Notes under the pieces: generated by a model
Database searches by the model: none
What the model saw: the letters and a program-made list of their open reading frames with translations, nothing else
Told to the model about the DNA's origin: nothing
Made by a program: the position numbers and the translations under genes
DNA from: a virus
Taxonomy: Duplodnaviria > Caudoviricetes
Direction: 5' to 3' (one strand)
DNA length: 64,000 bases
IMG/VR virus record: IMGVR_UViG_3300032283_000554
Location: 18,552-82,551 of that record
Shown here: positions 39,382 to 48,823 of the stretch, piece by piece
Layout of the letters: the number at the start of each line of letters is the position of its first letter
Position numbering within the stretch: position 1 is the stretch's first letter

Positions 39382-39495
39382 ATGACACTAGATGAATACA
39401 AGCAAATGGTAGAGGCTCAACGCCTCGCCTCCCTAGCAATAGCCCTAGAGGCTTTGCGTAAGTCCGATACAATCGCTAAGGAGATGAATAAATAA
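39382..39495 (+). CDS. Small hypothetical early protein (37 aa)
   Basis: AACGAAAGG RBS; TAATG coupling to the next ORF. Confidence 0.6.
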   Translation: MTLDEYKQMVEAQRLASLAIALEALRKSDTIAKEMNK

Positions 39496-39677
39496 TGTCA
39501 TACGCATACTCATACGAAACTAACTCAATCTCTAAATGGGATACCATTCAAGAAGATGTCGCAGACGCATACGCTTACCTTGATGAGGTAGATGAGGAAC
39601 AACCTCCACTAGATGACTTCAATGATGAAGATACAGATGAACTAGCAAAACTATACGCACTAACTTGGGAGAACTAA
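39495..39677 (+). CDS. Small acidic hypothetical protein
   Basis: ORF track; strongly D/E-rich. Confidence 0.65.
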   Translation: MSYAYSYETNSISKWDTIQEDVADAYAYLDEVDEEQPPLDDFNDEDTDELAKLYALTWEN

Positions 39678-39679
39678 TA

Positions 39680-39829
39680 ATGACTATCACTTACTCACTA
39701 TGGGACGGCGCACAATTCTTAGGTTTCTTTACCGCTACTAGCGCAGACGAAATGAATAAGGTTGTAGCAGACTTACAAAAGGTTTCTAAAAATGTTGTAG
39801 CACACATGCGAAAGGTAGAACAGAACTAA
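39680..39829 (+). CDS. Small hypothetical protein (49 aa)
   Basis: MTITYSLWDGAQFLG...; TAATG coupling. Confidence 0.55.
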   Translation: MTITYSLWDGAQFLGFFTATSADEMNKVVADLQKVSKNVVAHMRKVEQN

Positions 39830-40020
39830 TGACTATTGAACTAAATGAATACGGCTTCATGTTTGACATGGGTGATTTTATTTACCTATCCCTATCATGG
39901 GCTTTCCTTATCTTGTCCTCCGTTGTTTTTATCGGTTATAAGATTTATAAGAGAGTGCAAGCACATAGATGGGCATCACTAGTAAAGAATGAACTATCTA
40001 CAGATGAATGGGGTATCTAA
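39829..40020 (+). CDS. Small membrane protein
   Basis: One hydrophobic segment. Confidence 0.55.
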   Translation: MTIELNEYGFMFDMGDFIYLSLSWAFLILSSVVFIGYKIYKRVQAHRWASLVKNELSTDEWGI

Positions 40021-40399
40021 TGAATAGACTACTAACTACTCTAGTGCAATTAGCCCTTATCGTTCCCGCCCTTATCATGGGGCGCATGATGTGGCGCGAG
40101 ATCGTAGCCGACTATAGAGAGTGGGCTAACTCACACTAGCCTAACGGCGTGTCGGCTTGACATTGTCAAGCTGGCCCGCAAAAGAGCGGGGTTATCCACA
40201 GGGTTACGGGGGTTATCCACAACCCCCAGGATTTGCAAGCACGACACGCCCGAGATCCGTGTGAGTTTTATCACATGACTTGAGCGTCTCACATCATGGA
40301 CTTACTCGCTAGTAGTTATCTTTTGTCAGTGGTATCGGCTATAATTGCGGTATAACGAAAAACAGGCGGTAAAGAAATCCGCTACGAAAGGTGGTCGAA

Positions 40400-40576
40400 A
40401 TGACTACAATAAACACACTATGCAAGGCGCATGAGCCTCTTGTTTCTGCTATCTCCGAAATTGGAGATGAACAATTTACACTGTGCATGATTTGCGATAG
40501 CAACATTGAGCGTTACTACTACGATAGTGACCCTGAGCAATTTCCTACATGGACAGATTGGTATGTGACTAAATGA
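40400..40576 (+). CDS. Small Cys/His protein
   Basis: C..H...C..C; ACGAAAGG RBS. Confidence 0.6.
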   Translation: MTTINTLCKAHEPLVSAISEIGDEQFTLCMICDSNIERYYYDSDPEQFPTWTDWYVTK

Positions 40577-40995
40577 GTATTTGGACAAGGTTCGCTACTG
40601 TAAGCGATTACCCTAAAGGTATGATGAACGAATGCGTGTGTGGGCAAGTAGTCCTCGCACCTAAGACACGACATGAGAATTGCGAGAATAAATAATGAGT
40701 ACTTTTGTACCAATTAAATCCGTATGTGGTGCGGTATCCACCACAATAGACATGTATGACTATGAGTTAAATCCTCATGGCGTTATCTGTTGCGATAATT
40801 GCGAAAGCATTTTGTTATGCCGTAAGGCGTGGGACTTTCTTTATAAGGGGAATAAATAATGCCAGTTTTTAATTTTGATTTATCCGTTACTGTTGAGGCA
40901 GATGATTTTGAGTCTGCCTTATCATGGTTAAAGGTTATTCCATTGGAACGCCTTGATTTTATTGTTGTCGATTATACAGAATTAGAGGTTAGCGA

Positions 40996-41190
40996 ATGAA
41001 ATCACAATTAGAAAAAGATTTAGAAATTAAAGAAAGTTTTATTGATTTACTAAATGATGTTTATCCAACTGTAAAAATTGGTTACTCTACTTTTACTCCC
41101 GCCGAAATTCTAGAGTGTTGCGACCCTGTTGCTTTTGCGATTGGTTTAGTAGAACATGAAGATTATTTAACAGAAATGGAAAATGAATAA
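40996..41190 (+). CDS. Small hypothetical protein
   Basis: GAGG RBS; ORF track. Confidence 0.6.
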   Translation: MKSQLEKDLEIKESFIDLLNDVYPTVKIGYSTFTPAEILECCDPVAFAIGLVEHEDYLTEMENE

Positions 41191-41529
41191 TGGAAAAAGA
41201 TATTTTTGGTTTTGCAGATGCAATTGAAATTGAATTGATCAATGAAGAAAATTTAAAAATTGTTGAATTAATTTTTAAAGATTTTAAATAAATAAATCGT
41301 GGCGGTTCGACATTGTCGAGCTGGCCCGCAATATTGCGGGGTTATCCACAGGGTTACGGGGGTTATCCACAACCCCCAGGATTTCCGACACGCCCGACAC
41401 GCCCGAGATTTTGTGATTTTTATCACACGGCTTGAGCGTCTCAAAATGTGGAATTACTGGCTAGTAATTATCTTTTGTCAGTGCTATCCGCTATAATTGC
41501 TACTATCAACAAACGAAAGGTGACAACTA

Positions 41530-41742
41530 ATGTCAGCAAATGTCTATACAATAGAAAGCCTACTTGTAGGAAAAACTTATCACTCACGCACTTTAACAGG
41601 CGAAATTATTGACGCAGAAAAGTCTGATGTCTTTTATGGCAGAGGCTTAGAAAGTTATCGGGTTCAGGTTCGCCCACACTATCCCTCAGTATTTAATCTA
41701 AAAGATACTTATCGCTATCTATCAGTTAAGGTCGGTGACTAA
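41530..41742 (+). CDS. Small hypothetical protein (SH3-like size)
   Basis: First gene after the cassette at about 41300. Confidence 0.65.
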   Translation: MSANVYTIESLLVGKTYHSRTLTGEIIDAEKSDVFYGRGLESYRVQVRPHYPSVFNLKDTYRYLSVKVGD

Positions 41743-42048
41743 TGATTAAAGAATACTTACACGAAACCGAATTTTATTTTGTCAAAGATGAAATAAAAAT
41801 CTGTTGTGATGAACAACAATTTATCCATGTCTGTAAAGCGCATGGCGAGCAACAAGGTTGCTACTTTTGCGAATTTAACCCTTATGAGAATTGCGAGTGT
41901 GAATAATGATTAACTCAGTATTAACAATAGATTGCCAAGATTGCTTTGGTCACGGAGTAATCTTTTTTGGTAATGATAATGATTTCGATTGCGAACCTTG
42001 CGATTGTGTAAATGACGGCTCACTATTTTGGAACGGAGAAAATAACTA

Positions 42049-42255
42049 ATGTATAAACTAACTTGCGCTTATGACTCAAATGCTCCGCATTGGTCAGCGG
42101 AATACGAAAACGAATTTGGTGCTTGGGAAAACTTTTTCCTATTTACCGATTGGGGATTTGCTGATGAATACGCAACTGTAAATCTTTACACACCTAGCGG
42201 AAAATGCCACACGAAAATATTTTATCGTGAAGGCAGAAGGGTCGTAATTAAATGA
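42049..42255 (+). CDS. Small hypothetical protein
   Basis: GGAG RBS; ORF track. Confidence 0.6.
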   Translation: MYKLTCAYDSNAPHWSAEYENEFGAWENFFLFTDWGFADEYATVNLYTPSGKCHTKIFYREGRRVVIK

Positions 42256-42414
42256 AAACTTTTGAATTTCTAACTTACATAAATGTAGAAGCAGAAAATT
42301 ATGATGAAGCCATAGATGTATTTCAATTTCAATTAAAATACGGAATAAATAAAGATAATGTCTATGTCGCAGACATAACAGATTTAACTATCGAAAGCGT
42401 AGAGGTATAAAAAA

Positions 42415-42606
42415 ATGATGACAAGAAAAGATTATGTCGCGGTTGCAGAAATTTTAAATTATGCAAGCGATAAAACTCATCCCGCTGTATTTTCTAAAAT
42501 GGTAAATGATTTCGCTGAAATGTTTGCGAAAGATAATGAGCGATTTGATGTAAAGCGATTTCATGAAGCGAGTGGGTATCATGTCCCAAAACTCACTACG
42601 AGATAA
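42415..42606 (+). CDS. Small hypothetical protein
   Basis: MTRKDYVAVAEIL...DNERFD..RF. Confidence 0.65.
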   Translation: MMTRKDYVAVAEILNYASDKTHPAVFSKMVNDFAEMFAKDNERFDVKRFHEASGYHVPKLTTR

Positions 42607-42979
42607 AGTAAAGCGAATTCAGGAATTGCGTCGCAGTAATGCGGCGCAACCTGTTCGCAATAAGAAAAAATATTTTCGCAAGATCAAGCACAAAAATAAA
42701 ATTGCAGAGTAATGCATAGTTATGCAGGCCCGCAATACTGCGGGGTCGGGCGTGTCGTTACGGGTGTGATTAAAATCACCCTGGATTTTTGTTAAAGCTC
42801 TCGGCGTGTCTTAGATAATGTCAGCCCATTCTGCTATACTTGCCATTCAACTAACGAAAGGCTCATCCCATGGATTTCTATGATGACTACTATGAAACAG
42901 ATATGCTACGCCCTGACGCTAAGTCATGCTATTGCAAGGTCAATTTAATTTGCACTAATTGCGCGGAGAGTTATAACTA

Positions 42980-43702
42980 ATGACTAAACTAAAACGATCT
43001 AACGATAGAAAGGTGGCTAACCTTGTCACAAAAAACGGAAAGCAAGCGGCAATTGCCAATACTTTTGGATTACCCGCAGGAAAAGCATATTCATGTCCTG
43101 GAGCGACTAGCATATGCGAAAGTGTTTGTTATGCTGGGAAACTTGAAAAAGTATTCCCAACAGTAAAAGTTAATCTATTACACAATTGGGAACTATTGCG
43201 TAATGCTGATTACTTAACCATGCTTAATCTGATATCTGAGATGATTGATGAATTCAAGGCTGACTGTGTAAAAAAGAATGCGCCTATGCTATTCCGCATT
43301 CACTGGGACGGCGATTTCTTTAATGATACTTATACTACTGCATGGTCTGATGTAATTAAACTTAATGATGATGTGCAATTTTGGGTTTACACCCGCGTTA
43401 AGTCTGCCGCGCTTATTCTTAAGGATATATCTAACCTATCTCTTTACTATTCAACGGATGATGACAATAAGGAGATAGGTCATGAACTAAAAAAGAATGA
43501 GGGTATCCGTCTTGCTTATCTAGGCAAGACATTTGCCGTAACAGAAGACACAATGAAAGAATTGACGGGCAAGCCTGGCGCTAAGTGTCCTGAGAATATG
43601 AAAAGCATTCCGCTAATTAGCAATGCGGGATCTGCATGCGTGTCATGCGGTTTGTGTGTTTACGGGAAAGCGGATATTAGATTTTCTGCAACTAAAAAAT
43701 AA
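42980..43702 (+). CDS. Gp88-like Cys-rich (radical-SAM-related) protein
   Basis: SCPGATSICESVCYA; FRIHWDGDFF; FWVYTR; CPE...ACVSCGLC. Confidence 0.7.
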   Translation: MTKLKRSNDRKVANLVTKNGKQAAIANTFGLPAGKAYSCPGATSICESVCYAGKLEKVFPTVKVNLLHNWELLRNADYLTMLNLISEMIDEFKADCVKKNAPMLFRIHWDGDFFNDTYTTAWSDVIKLNDDVQFWVYTRVKSAALILKDISNLSLYYSTDDDNKEIGHELKKNEGIRLAYLGKTFAVTEDTMKELTGKPGAKCPENMKSIPLISNAGSACVSCGLCVYGKADIRFSATKK

Positions 43703-43900
43703 ATTGCAGCGTGTCGGCTTGACAATGTTGAGCTGGCCCGCAATATTGCGGGGTTATCCACAGGGTTACGGTGGTTATCCACAACCCCCTGGAATTTGTG
43801 AGATTAATCACAAAATAAATTAGATAAAGCTTGGGCGTGTTGCATAATTTGTCAGTGGCATAGTCTATAATACTCTTATACCAACAACGAAAGGCAATAA

Positions 43901-44104
43901 ATGAAAATAGAACATAGTCTAAAGTTTGTTACAGAGTTTAAGGAAGGCCACCCTATAACTACACAAATGAAAATGCTTGATGAAGGCACTCGCGTAATAA
44001 TGCTAGAGTCACTACTAAAAGAATTAGTCGGTAGCCGACTACAACCTATCCTTGATGAAATAAATGAAAATGGCTCATACGCAATTCTAAAGGTGGCAGA
44101 ATAA
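43901..44104 (+). CDS. Small hypothetical protein
   Basis: First gene after the cassette at about 43710. Confidence 0.65.
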   Translation: MKIEHSLKFVTEFKEGHPITTQMKMLDEGTRVIMLESLLKELVGSRLQPILDEINENGSYAILKVAE

Positions 44105-44376
44105 TGGGATACACAACAGCGTTAGACTTATCAGAAAACTTAGACATAACACTAGAACAGGCAATCGGTTATCACTTACAGGGTAATCACTATCCACCCG
44201 TTCCGCTTTCTATGGTGCAACCTTGCATTGATGCTATTGATGCTATTCATGCGGGTGATGGCGATACGCCAATAGCACTTCCTGAAGGTGTTAAATACAA
44301 GGATCGAACAACAGCACCCGCGTGGGCAATCGCTGAGCAGCACCACTTAGAAGCGTGGCTACCTGAGTGTGACTAA
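44104..44376 (+). CDS. Hypothetical protein
   Basis: HLQGNHYPPVP...HHLEAW. Confidence 0.65.
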   Translation: MGYTTALDLSENLDITLEQAIGYHLQGNHYPPVPLSMVQPCIDAIDAIHAGDGDTPIALPEGVKYKDRTTAPAWAIAEQHHLEAWLPECD

Positions 44377-44472
44377 GGTCACACAATAATTATCTCAAAT
44401 GCTGAGACAGGGCTAGACTAATGTCAGACCCAAATGATACAATACTAACCTAACAAAGAAAAGAGGCAATAA

Positions 44473-44655
44473 ATGACAATCAACGACAAGTTGTACCAAG
44501 TAGGGGATTTATTCACTACACTAAAGTCAAAGAAAACAGGTGTGATTAAGGAAATCCACCCACAGGCATCTGGCTCGGTGCGTGTGCTACTAGAAATGCC
44601 AACGAAAGAAACTCGTTGGACTTCGGTATCCGCTCAAACGCTACTAGGCGTATAA
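44473..44655 (+). CDS. Small SH3/KOW-like protein
   Basis: YQVGDLF...TGVIKEI...VRVLL; has its own promoter. Confidence 0.55.
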   Translation: MTINDKLYQVGDLFTTLKSKKTGVIKEIHPQASGSVRVLLEMPTKETRWTSVSAQTLLGV

Positions 44656-44748
44656 TCTAAAGGCAGGTGGGTCGCAGAAATGTCAGACCCACCTGCTATA
44701 ATTAAAACTTAATAAACCCACTAAACCCACAACGAAAGAAGGCAACAA

Positions 44749-45171
44749 ATGGCACGACAGAAAGCAATTAGCGTTAAAATCGCAACACCAAAGGTAATCA
44801 AGGCACTCGAAACTGCACTAGCAAAGTTAGAGGCAGATTACGCATCACAAGAAGCAAACGAAGCAAAGTATCAGAAATTGCATGAGAAATGGATTAAGGA
44901 ACTTTCAGCCTATGCGGTGGAAAACATCAAGAAGGCAGAAAACTTCCGTACTAACTATCGCTCATGGAATAACACTCTAAACATTGACTTCGATTTGACA
45001 GTATTAGCAAAGGATTTGCCAACAGAGCCTGAAAAGGATTTCGAGTCAATTTCTCTCTATAACTATCGTGAGCAGAAAGAGGAAATCTCTAATGCTATTC
45101 GTATTCTAAAGATGACAGATGAGGAAGTAGTTAGCACAAGCACTTACAATGCGGTTGCTCGTTACCTCTAA
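44749..45171 (+). CDS. Hypothetical coiled-coil protein
   Basis: Own promoter and RBS. Confidence 0.7.
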   Translation: MARQKAISVKIATPKVIKALETALAKLEADYASQEANEAKYQKLHEKWIKELSAYAVENIKKAENFRTNYRSWNNTLNIDFDLTVLAKDLPTEPEKDFESISLYNYREQKEEISNAIRILKMTDEEVVSTSTYNAVARYL

Positions 45172-45241
45172 ATAATCCAACAACCTGAGTATGTTGCTAA
45201 ACTGCTCTCCTTTCGGGGACAACTACTAACAAAGGCAAATA

Positions 45242-45496
45242 ATGAAAAATCGTTTCAGAGTAGAAATCTATGATGCAAACAAGAGTAATGATGTAACAAT
45301 TTATTCAGAGCAAGGTGTAGATAAAGAATACTTAACTGAGTTAGCATTCTCTAATAGAGGAAATTTCTTAGGTGATGTACGTGCTTATGTCTATGATACT
45401 TTAAAGAAGACTAAAACAACTGCTCTTTACCTCCCGTCCGAAGTTATTAACTTCAATCGCAAAAATCAATTAACCAGGGATGAGTTGGGTCTGTAA
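45242..45496 (+). CDS. Hypothetical protein
   Basis: ORF track with AAAGG RBS. Confidence 0.6.
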   Translation: MKNRFRVEIYDANKSNDVTIYSEQGVDKEYLTELAFSNRGNFLGDVRAYVYDTLKKTKTTALYLPSEVINFNRKNQLTRDELGL

Positions 45497-45692
45497 GGAT
45501 CCAACACTGGCTGCATATGCAGCTGGCCCGTATAGCTAAGGGGTTATCCACAGGCTTACGACCACTTGTGGATAACCCCTGGAATTTGTGATAATGATCA
45601 CATCTCAAAATGTGGACATATAGTAACTAATCATAGACAATGTCAGTGGCAGATGTTATACTTATGACTAATCAAACGAAAGGTAAAAAATA

Positions 45693-46700
45693 ATGGCTCA
45701 TAATCTGGAAATGGAAAACGGCGAAGTTGCTTTCGCACTTCGTGGCGCACCTGCATGGCACAACCTTGCAAATCGCATCTTTACACAAGATGAAGATGTT
45801 ACAACTCAAATGATGTTAGATGAGGCAAAACTTTCCAACTGGAATGTTCGTCTGTCTCCACTAACTGACCACATCTCAGATACATGGAACGATGTATCTA
45901 ACGCATCTCTTGTCATTCGTGACAACCCATTCAACAATGGAACTGATGTTCTCGCAACTGTCGGCAAGCGTTACAAGCCTGTGCAGAATGAGGAACTATT
46001 TGCATTTGCTGATGCAATTCACGATGCCAATGCTGATTGTCGCTGGGAGTCTGCTGGCTCACTTCGTAGCGGTAAAGTAGTATTTGGAACTGTGGACATT
46101 CCTCGCACAATGGTGCTTGACCCACAAGGCGCAAATGATGCAACTAAGTTGTATCTAATTGTTTGGACTTCACACGATGGTTCTGTTGCTGTTCAGGCAG
46201 CCGTTACTCCTGTTCGTGTTGTTTGCCAAAACACATTGAACCTTGCAATGCGTAATGCAAAGCAATCATTCAAAATTCGTCACACTCAATCTGTTGAGGG
46301 TCGTATTCAGGTTGCTCGTGAAACTCTTGGGCTTGCTCTTGGTTACTTCGATGAATTTGAAATTGAGGCTAAGGCTCTATTTGCTCAAGCAATTACAGAT
46401 GCTGAATTCTCTAAGTTAATTCAGACAATCTATCCTAAGCCTGACAAAGATGCGGCAAAAGTTGCATTAACTAAGTGGGAGAATAAAGTCGTGCTTCTTG
46501 ATGACCTTTATCATAACTCACCAACTAACGCTAACATCAAGGGAACTAAGTGGGGTGCGTTCAATGCACTAACTGAACGCCTTGACTACTATCGTTCAGG
46601 TCGCGGAAATTCTGAAACACTTATGGCGGGTGCATCAGGGTTTGACCCAATTCTAACTGCTGAAAAAAACAAAATCAAGAAATTGGTTTCTGCTTTTTAA
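45693..46700 (+). CDS. DUF932 / TIGR03299-like phage-plasmid protein
   Basis: PAWH...YKPVQNEELF...ESAGSLRSGK...TSHDGS...TPVRVVCQNTL...RHT...GTKWGAFNALTE. Confidence 0.85.
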   Translation: MAHNLEMENGEVAFALRGAPAWHNLANRIFTQDEDVTTQMMLDEAKLSNWNVRLSPLTDHISDTWNDVSNASLVIRDNPFNNGTDVLATVGKRYKPVQNEELFAFADAIHDANADCRWESAGSLRSGKVVFGTVDIPRTMVLDPQGANDATKLYLIVWTSHDGSVAVQAAVTPVRVVCQNTLNLAMRNAKQSFKIRHTQSVEGRIQVARETLGLALGYFDEFEIEAKALFAQAITDAEFSKLIQTIYPKPDKDAAKVALTKWENKVVLLDDLYHNSPTNANIKGTKWGAFNALTERLDYYRSGRGNSETLMAGASGFDPILTAEKNKIKKLVSAF

Positions 46701-46746
46701 ATAAATAATTCCTGAGCATGAATAAAAACTGCTCACAATTTTTATT

Positions 46747-46823
46747 GATCCATTAGCTCAGTTGGTTAGAGCGCTACCCTGTCACGGTAGAGGCCGTCGG
46801 TTCAAGTCCGATATGGGTCGCCA
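46747..46823 (+). tRNA. tRNA-Asp(GUC)
   Basis: GATCCAT/ATGGGTC acceptor, ctacc-CTGTCAC-ggtag anticodon arm, GGTTCAAGTCC, encoded CCA. Confidence 0.92.
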
Positions 46824-46924
46824 AGGCCCGTATAGCTAAGGGGGCAAAAAATGTGTTACGAGTCACAAAAGAAAATCCCTGGAATCTATTGTAAATGTCA
46901 GTGGGCTCCTGTATAATTCTCTTC

Positions 46925-47581
46925 ATGACCAACGAAACCATATCAAGTAAGTATACATTTGTCTGCGATCCAGATGAATGCGATTGTCTAATAGAACTAA
47001 CATCATCTGACGGGTTTGGATTCCCTTCAGGTGTGACCGAACTCACATGCCCGTGTGGTCGCAAGACTACATTAGTGTCAGTGGAGCATGCTACAATTGC
47101 ACCAACAAACCAAACGAAAGAGGAAACAATGGAAACAACAGATACAACAGTATCACCTGCAGTAGAGTACAACCCTGATTTATTGGTTACCTACAAAGTA
47201 ATTAGTGGATACTCAGACCCAACATATGCTACAGACAAAGTCCGCAACATTGAATGGGAACTTCATAACTCCCGAACTAATTCAAAGATTGCTTCAGTCT
47301 TAACAAATAAGATTGCCATGGCTAAGGATGTTCTGTCTGAAGCATATGCTGACTCACTTGACCAAGAAACACTTCAAGCAATTGCTGAAGCGCTAGACAT
47401 TCCTTTAGTTAAAGAGATTGAATGGTCTGCAACTATTGAGGTTAGTGGAACATTAACAATTGATTTGCTTGAAGGTGATGTAGATGTTGAATCAGAAATC
47501 TACGACAATCTTTATGTTGAATCACAGAACGGCAACATTGAAGTAGGAGATGTTGAAGTTACGAATGTTCGTGAGAACTAA
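46925..47581 (+). CDS. Hypothetical protein (N-terminal Cys cluster, acidic C-terminus) with an internal promoter and start at 47129
   Basis: ATG 7 nt after TATAAT; a second promoter plus RBS lies inside the frame. Confidence 0.6.
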   Translation: MTNETISSKYTFVCDPDECDCLIELTSSDGFGFPSGVTELTCPCGRKTTLVSVEHATIAPTNQTKEETMETTDTTVSPAVEYNPDLLVTYKVISGYSDPTYATDKVRNIEWELHNSRTNSKIASVLTNKIAMAKDVLSEAYADSLDQETLQAIAEALDIPLVKEIEWSATIEVSGTLTIDLLEGDVDVESEIYDNLYVESQNGNIEVGDVEVTNVREN

Positions 47582-47784
47582 TGTACTTTGAACTCACCGC
47601 TCCCGATAGGCTATCAATGGAGATGGCTTATTGGGATGCACAAATAACTGGACTTGACCCTCAAGCAATGTCACCTTTGACATTCAACATAGGAACTGGT
47701 AGTATTGAGAAAGTAAGTCGTCTTAGAGATAAGTACAACTTAATTGAATCTTATGTATCAGACTACGAAACCACAGGTTATTAA
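47581..47784 (+). CDS. Hypothetical protein
   Basis: TAATG coupling. Confidence 0.6.
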   Translation: MYFELTAPDRLSMEMAYWDAQITGLDPQAMSPLTFNIGTGSIEKVSRLRDKYNLIESYVSDYETTGY

Positions 47785-47936
47785 GGAGAAATTATGTCAG
47801 AGTATAAAGATGGTTGGGCAGATGGTTATAAGTTTGCTCGTGATGAAATCATGGAAAAGTTATCAGAGATTGATATTAATGATATCGATTCTTGGATTCT
47901 TGACCGTCTATCTGAGATGATCGAAGGTGGAAAACT

Positions 47937-48128
47937 ATGATGGCTGAATGGCTTAAGTGTGACCAATGTGCAGCACAGGCTATGTGGGAAGCAAAGAAAG
48001 ATTCATTCTCTCTTTATTTCTGCGGGCACCATAAAAATGAGCAGGGCGAAACCCTTGTGGACTGGGCTCATGAGATGGTACAATTACTCAATTACGACAA
48101 ACAACTACAACTAGAAACGGCGGAATAA
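47937..48128 (+). CDS. Small zinc-finger-like protein
   Basis: CDQC...FCGHH. Confidence 0.6.
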   Translation: MMAEWLKCDQCAAQAMWEAKKDSFSLYFCGHHKNEQGETLVDWAHEMVQLLNYDKQLQLETAE

Positions 48129-48129
48129 A

Positions 48130-48495
48130 ATGGGAGATAGAGCAAACTTTGGATTCAGAGATTCCAAGGAGAATGTAGTATTTTTATATGGACACTGGGC
48201 TGGCCATAACATGCTAGCCAAGTTAGCAAATGCTGTGCAGGCTGCAGAAACTCGTTGGCAAGATGAGTCATATGCAACACGCATTGCTATATCTAATCTA
48301 ATTGGAGAAGACTGGACTCAGACAACGGGCTGGGGAATTTATGTTAACCAATTAGGAGACAACGAACATAAGGTGCCCGTCATTGATTGGGCTAACCAAA
48401 CCTTTACATTGTATGAAGAGGACCTGAGCACGGTAGTGTTTAGTTCAACATTATCTGCATTTGTAGATAAATACAGTCGACTAGTTATGGTATAA
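48130..48495 (+). CDS. Hypothetical protein
   Basis: MGDRANF...LYGHWAG...DESYATRI. Confidence 0.7.
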   Translation: MGDRANFGFRDSKENVVFLYGHWAGHNMLAKLANAVQAAETRWQDESYATRIAISNLIGEDWTQTTGWGIYVNQLGDNEHKVPVIDWANQTFTLYEEDLSTVVFSSTLSAFVDKYSRLVMV

Positions 48496-48500
48496 TAGTA

Positions 48501-48648
48501 TCAGGACAATGTCCTGGTTTTAATATAGAAATGAAATGGTGCGTCTATTAGTCTACGGGCCAGGCGCTAAGTAAAGCGGTTTATTTCTTTCGTTGGAAAT
48601 CAGCAGCCATATTCATACCCCCCAGCTTTTAGCTGGGGGTTTCTTTTT
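48501..48648 (+). ncRNA. Candidate structured sRNA with anti-RBS loop
   Basis: TGGTATAAT promoter at 48488; multi-stem fold with a UACG tetraloop and a UUUCGUUG loop; terminator at 48617-48648; no ORF. Confidence 0.6.
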
Positions 48649-48823
48649 GCCCGCAAAGACTTGAGGGTAACATATTGTTGTTACGATTGTCAAATATATT
48701 TCCCAGGAATTTGTGTGATCTTGACCACAAAGCTGAATCATGTGGTGTGTATCACACCAATTTGCTATTCCATTTGTCAGTGGTCCATTGTATAATTAGA
48801 ACATATCAACGAAAGGATATAAA

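Larger units (their letters stand above)
40192..45575. promoter_or_regulatory. Four pairs of perfect DnaA boxes (TTATCCACA)
   Basis: 40192, 40213, 41342, 41363, 43754, 43775, 45544, and inverted at 45567. Confidence 0.85.

Noticed and set aside
41304-41322. gttcgacattgtcgag as a LexA (SOS) box
   Set aside because: Does not fit the actinobacterial TCGAAC-N4-GTTCGA consensus; it is a variant of the cassette's leading hairpin.
40146-48710. Cassette repeats as a CRISPR array or classical integron attC array
   Set aside because: Units are 1-2 kb apart and separated by genes with their own promoters. No cas or integron integrase is in the window, and I found no attC-type RYYYAAC/GTTRRRY ends.
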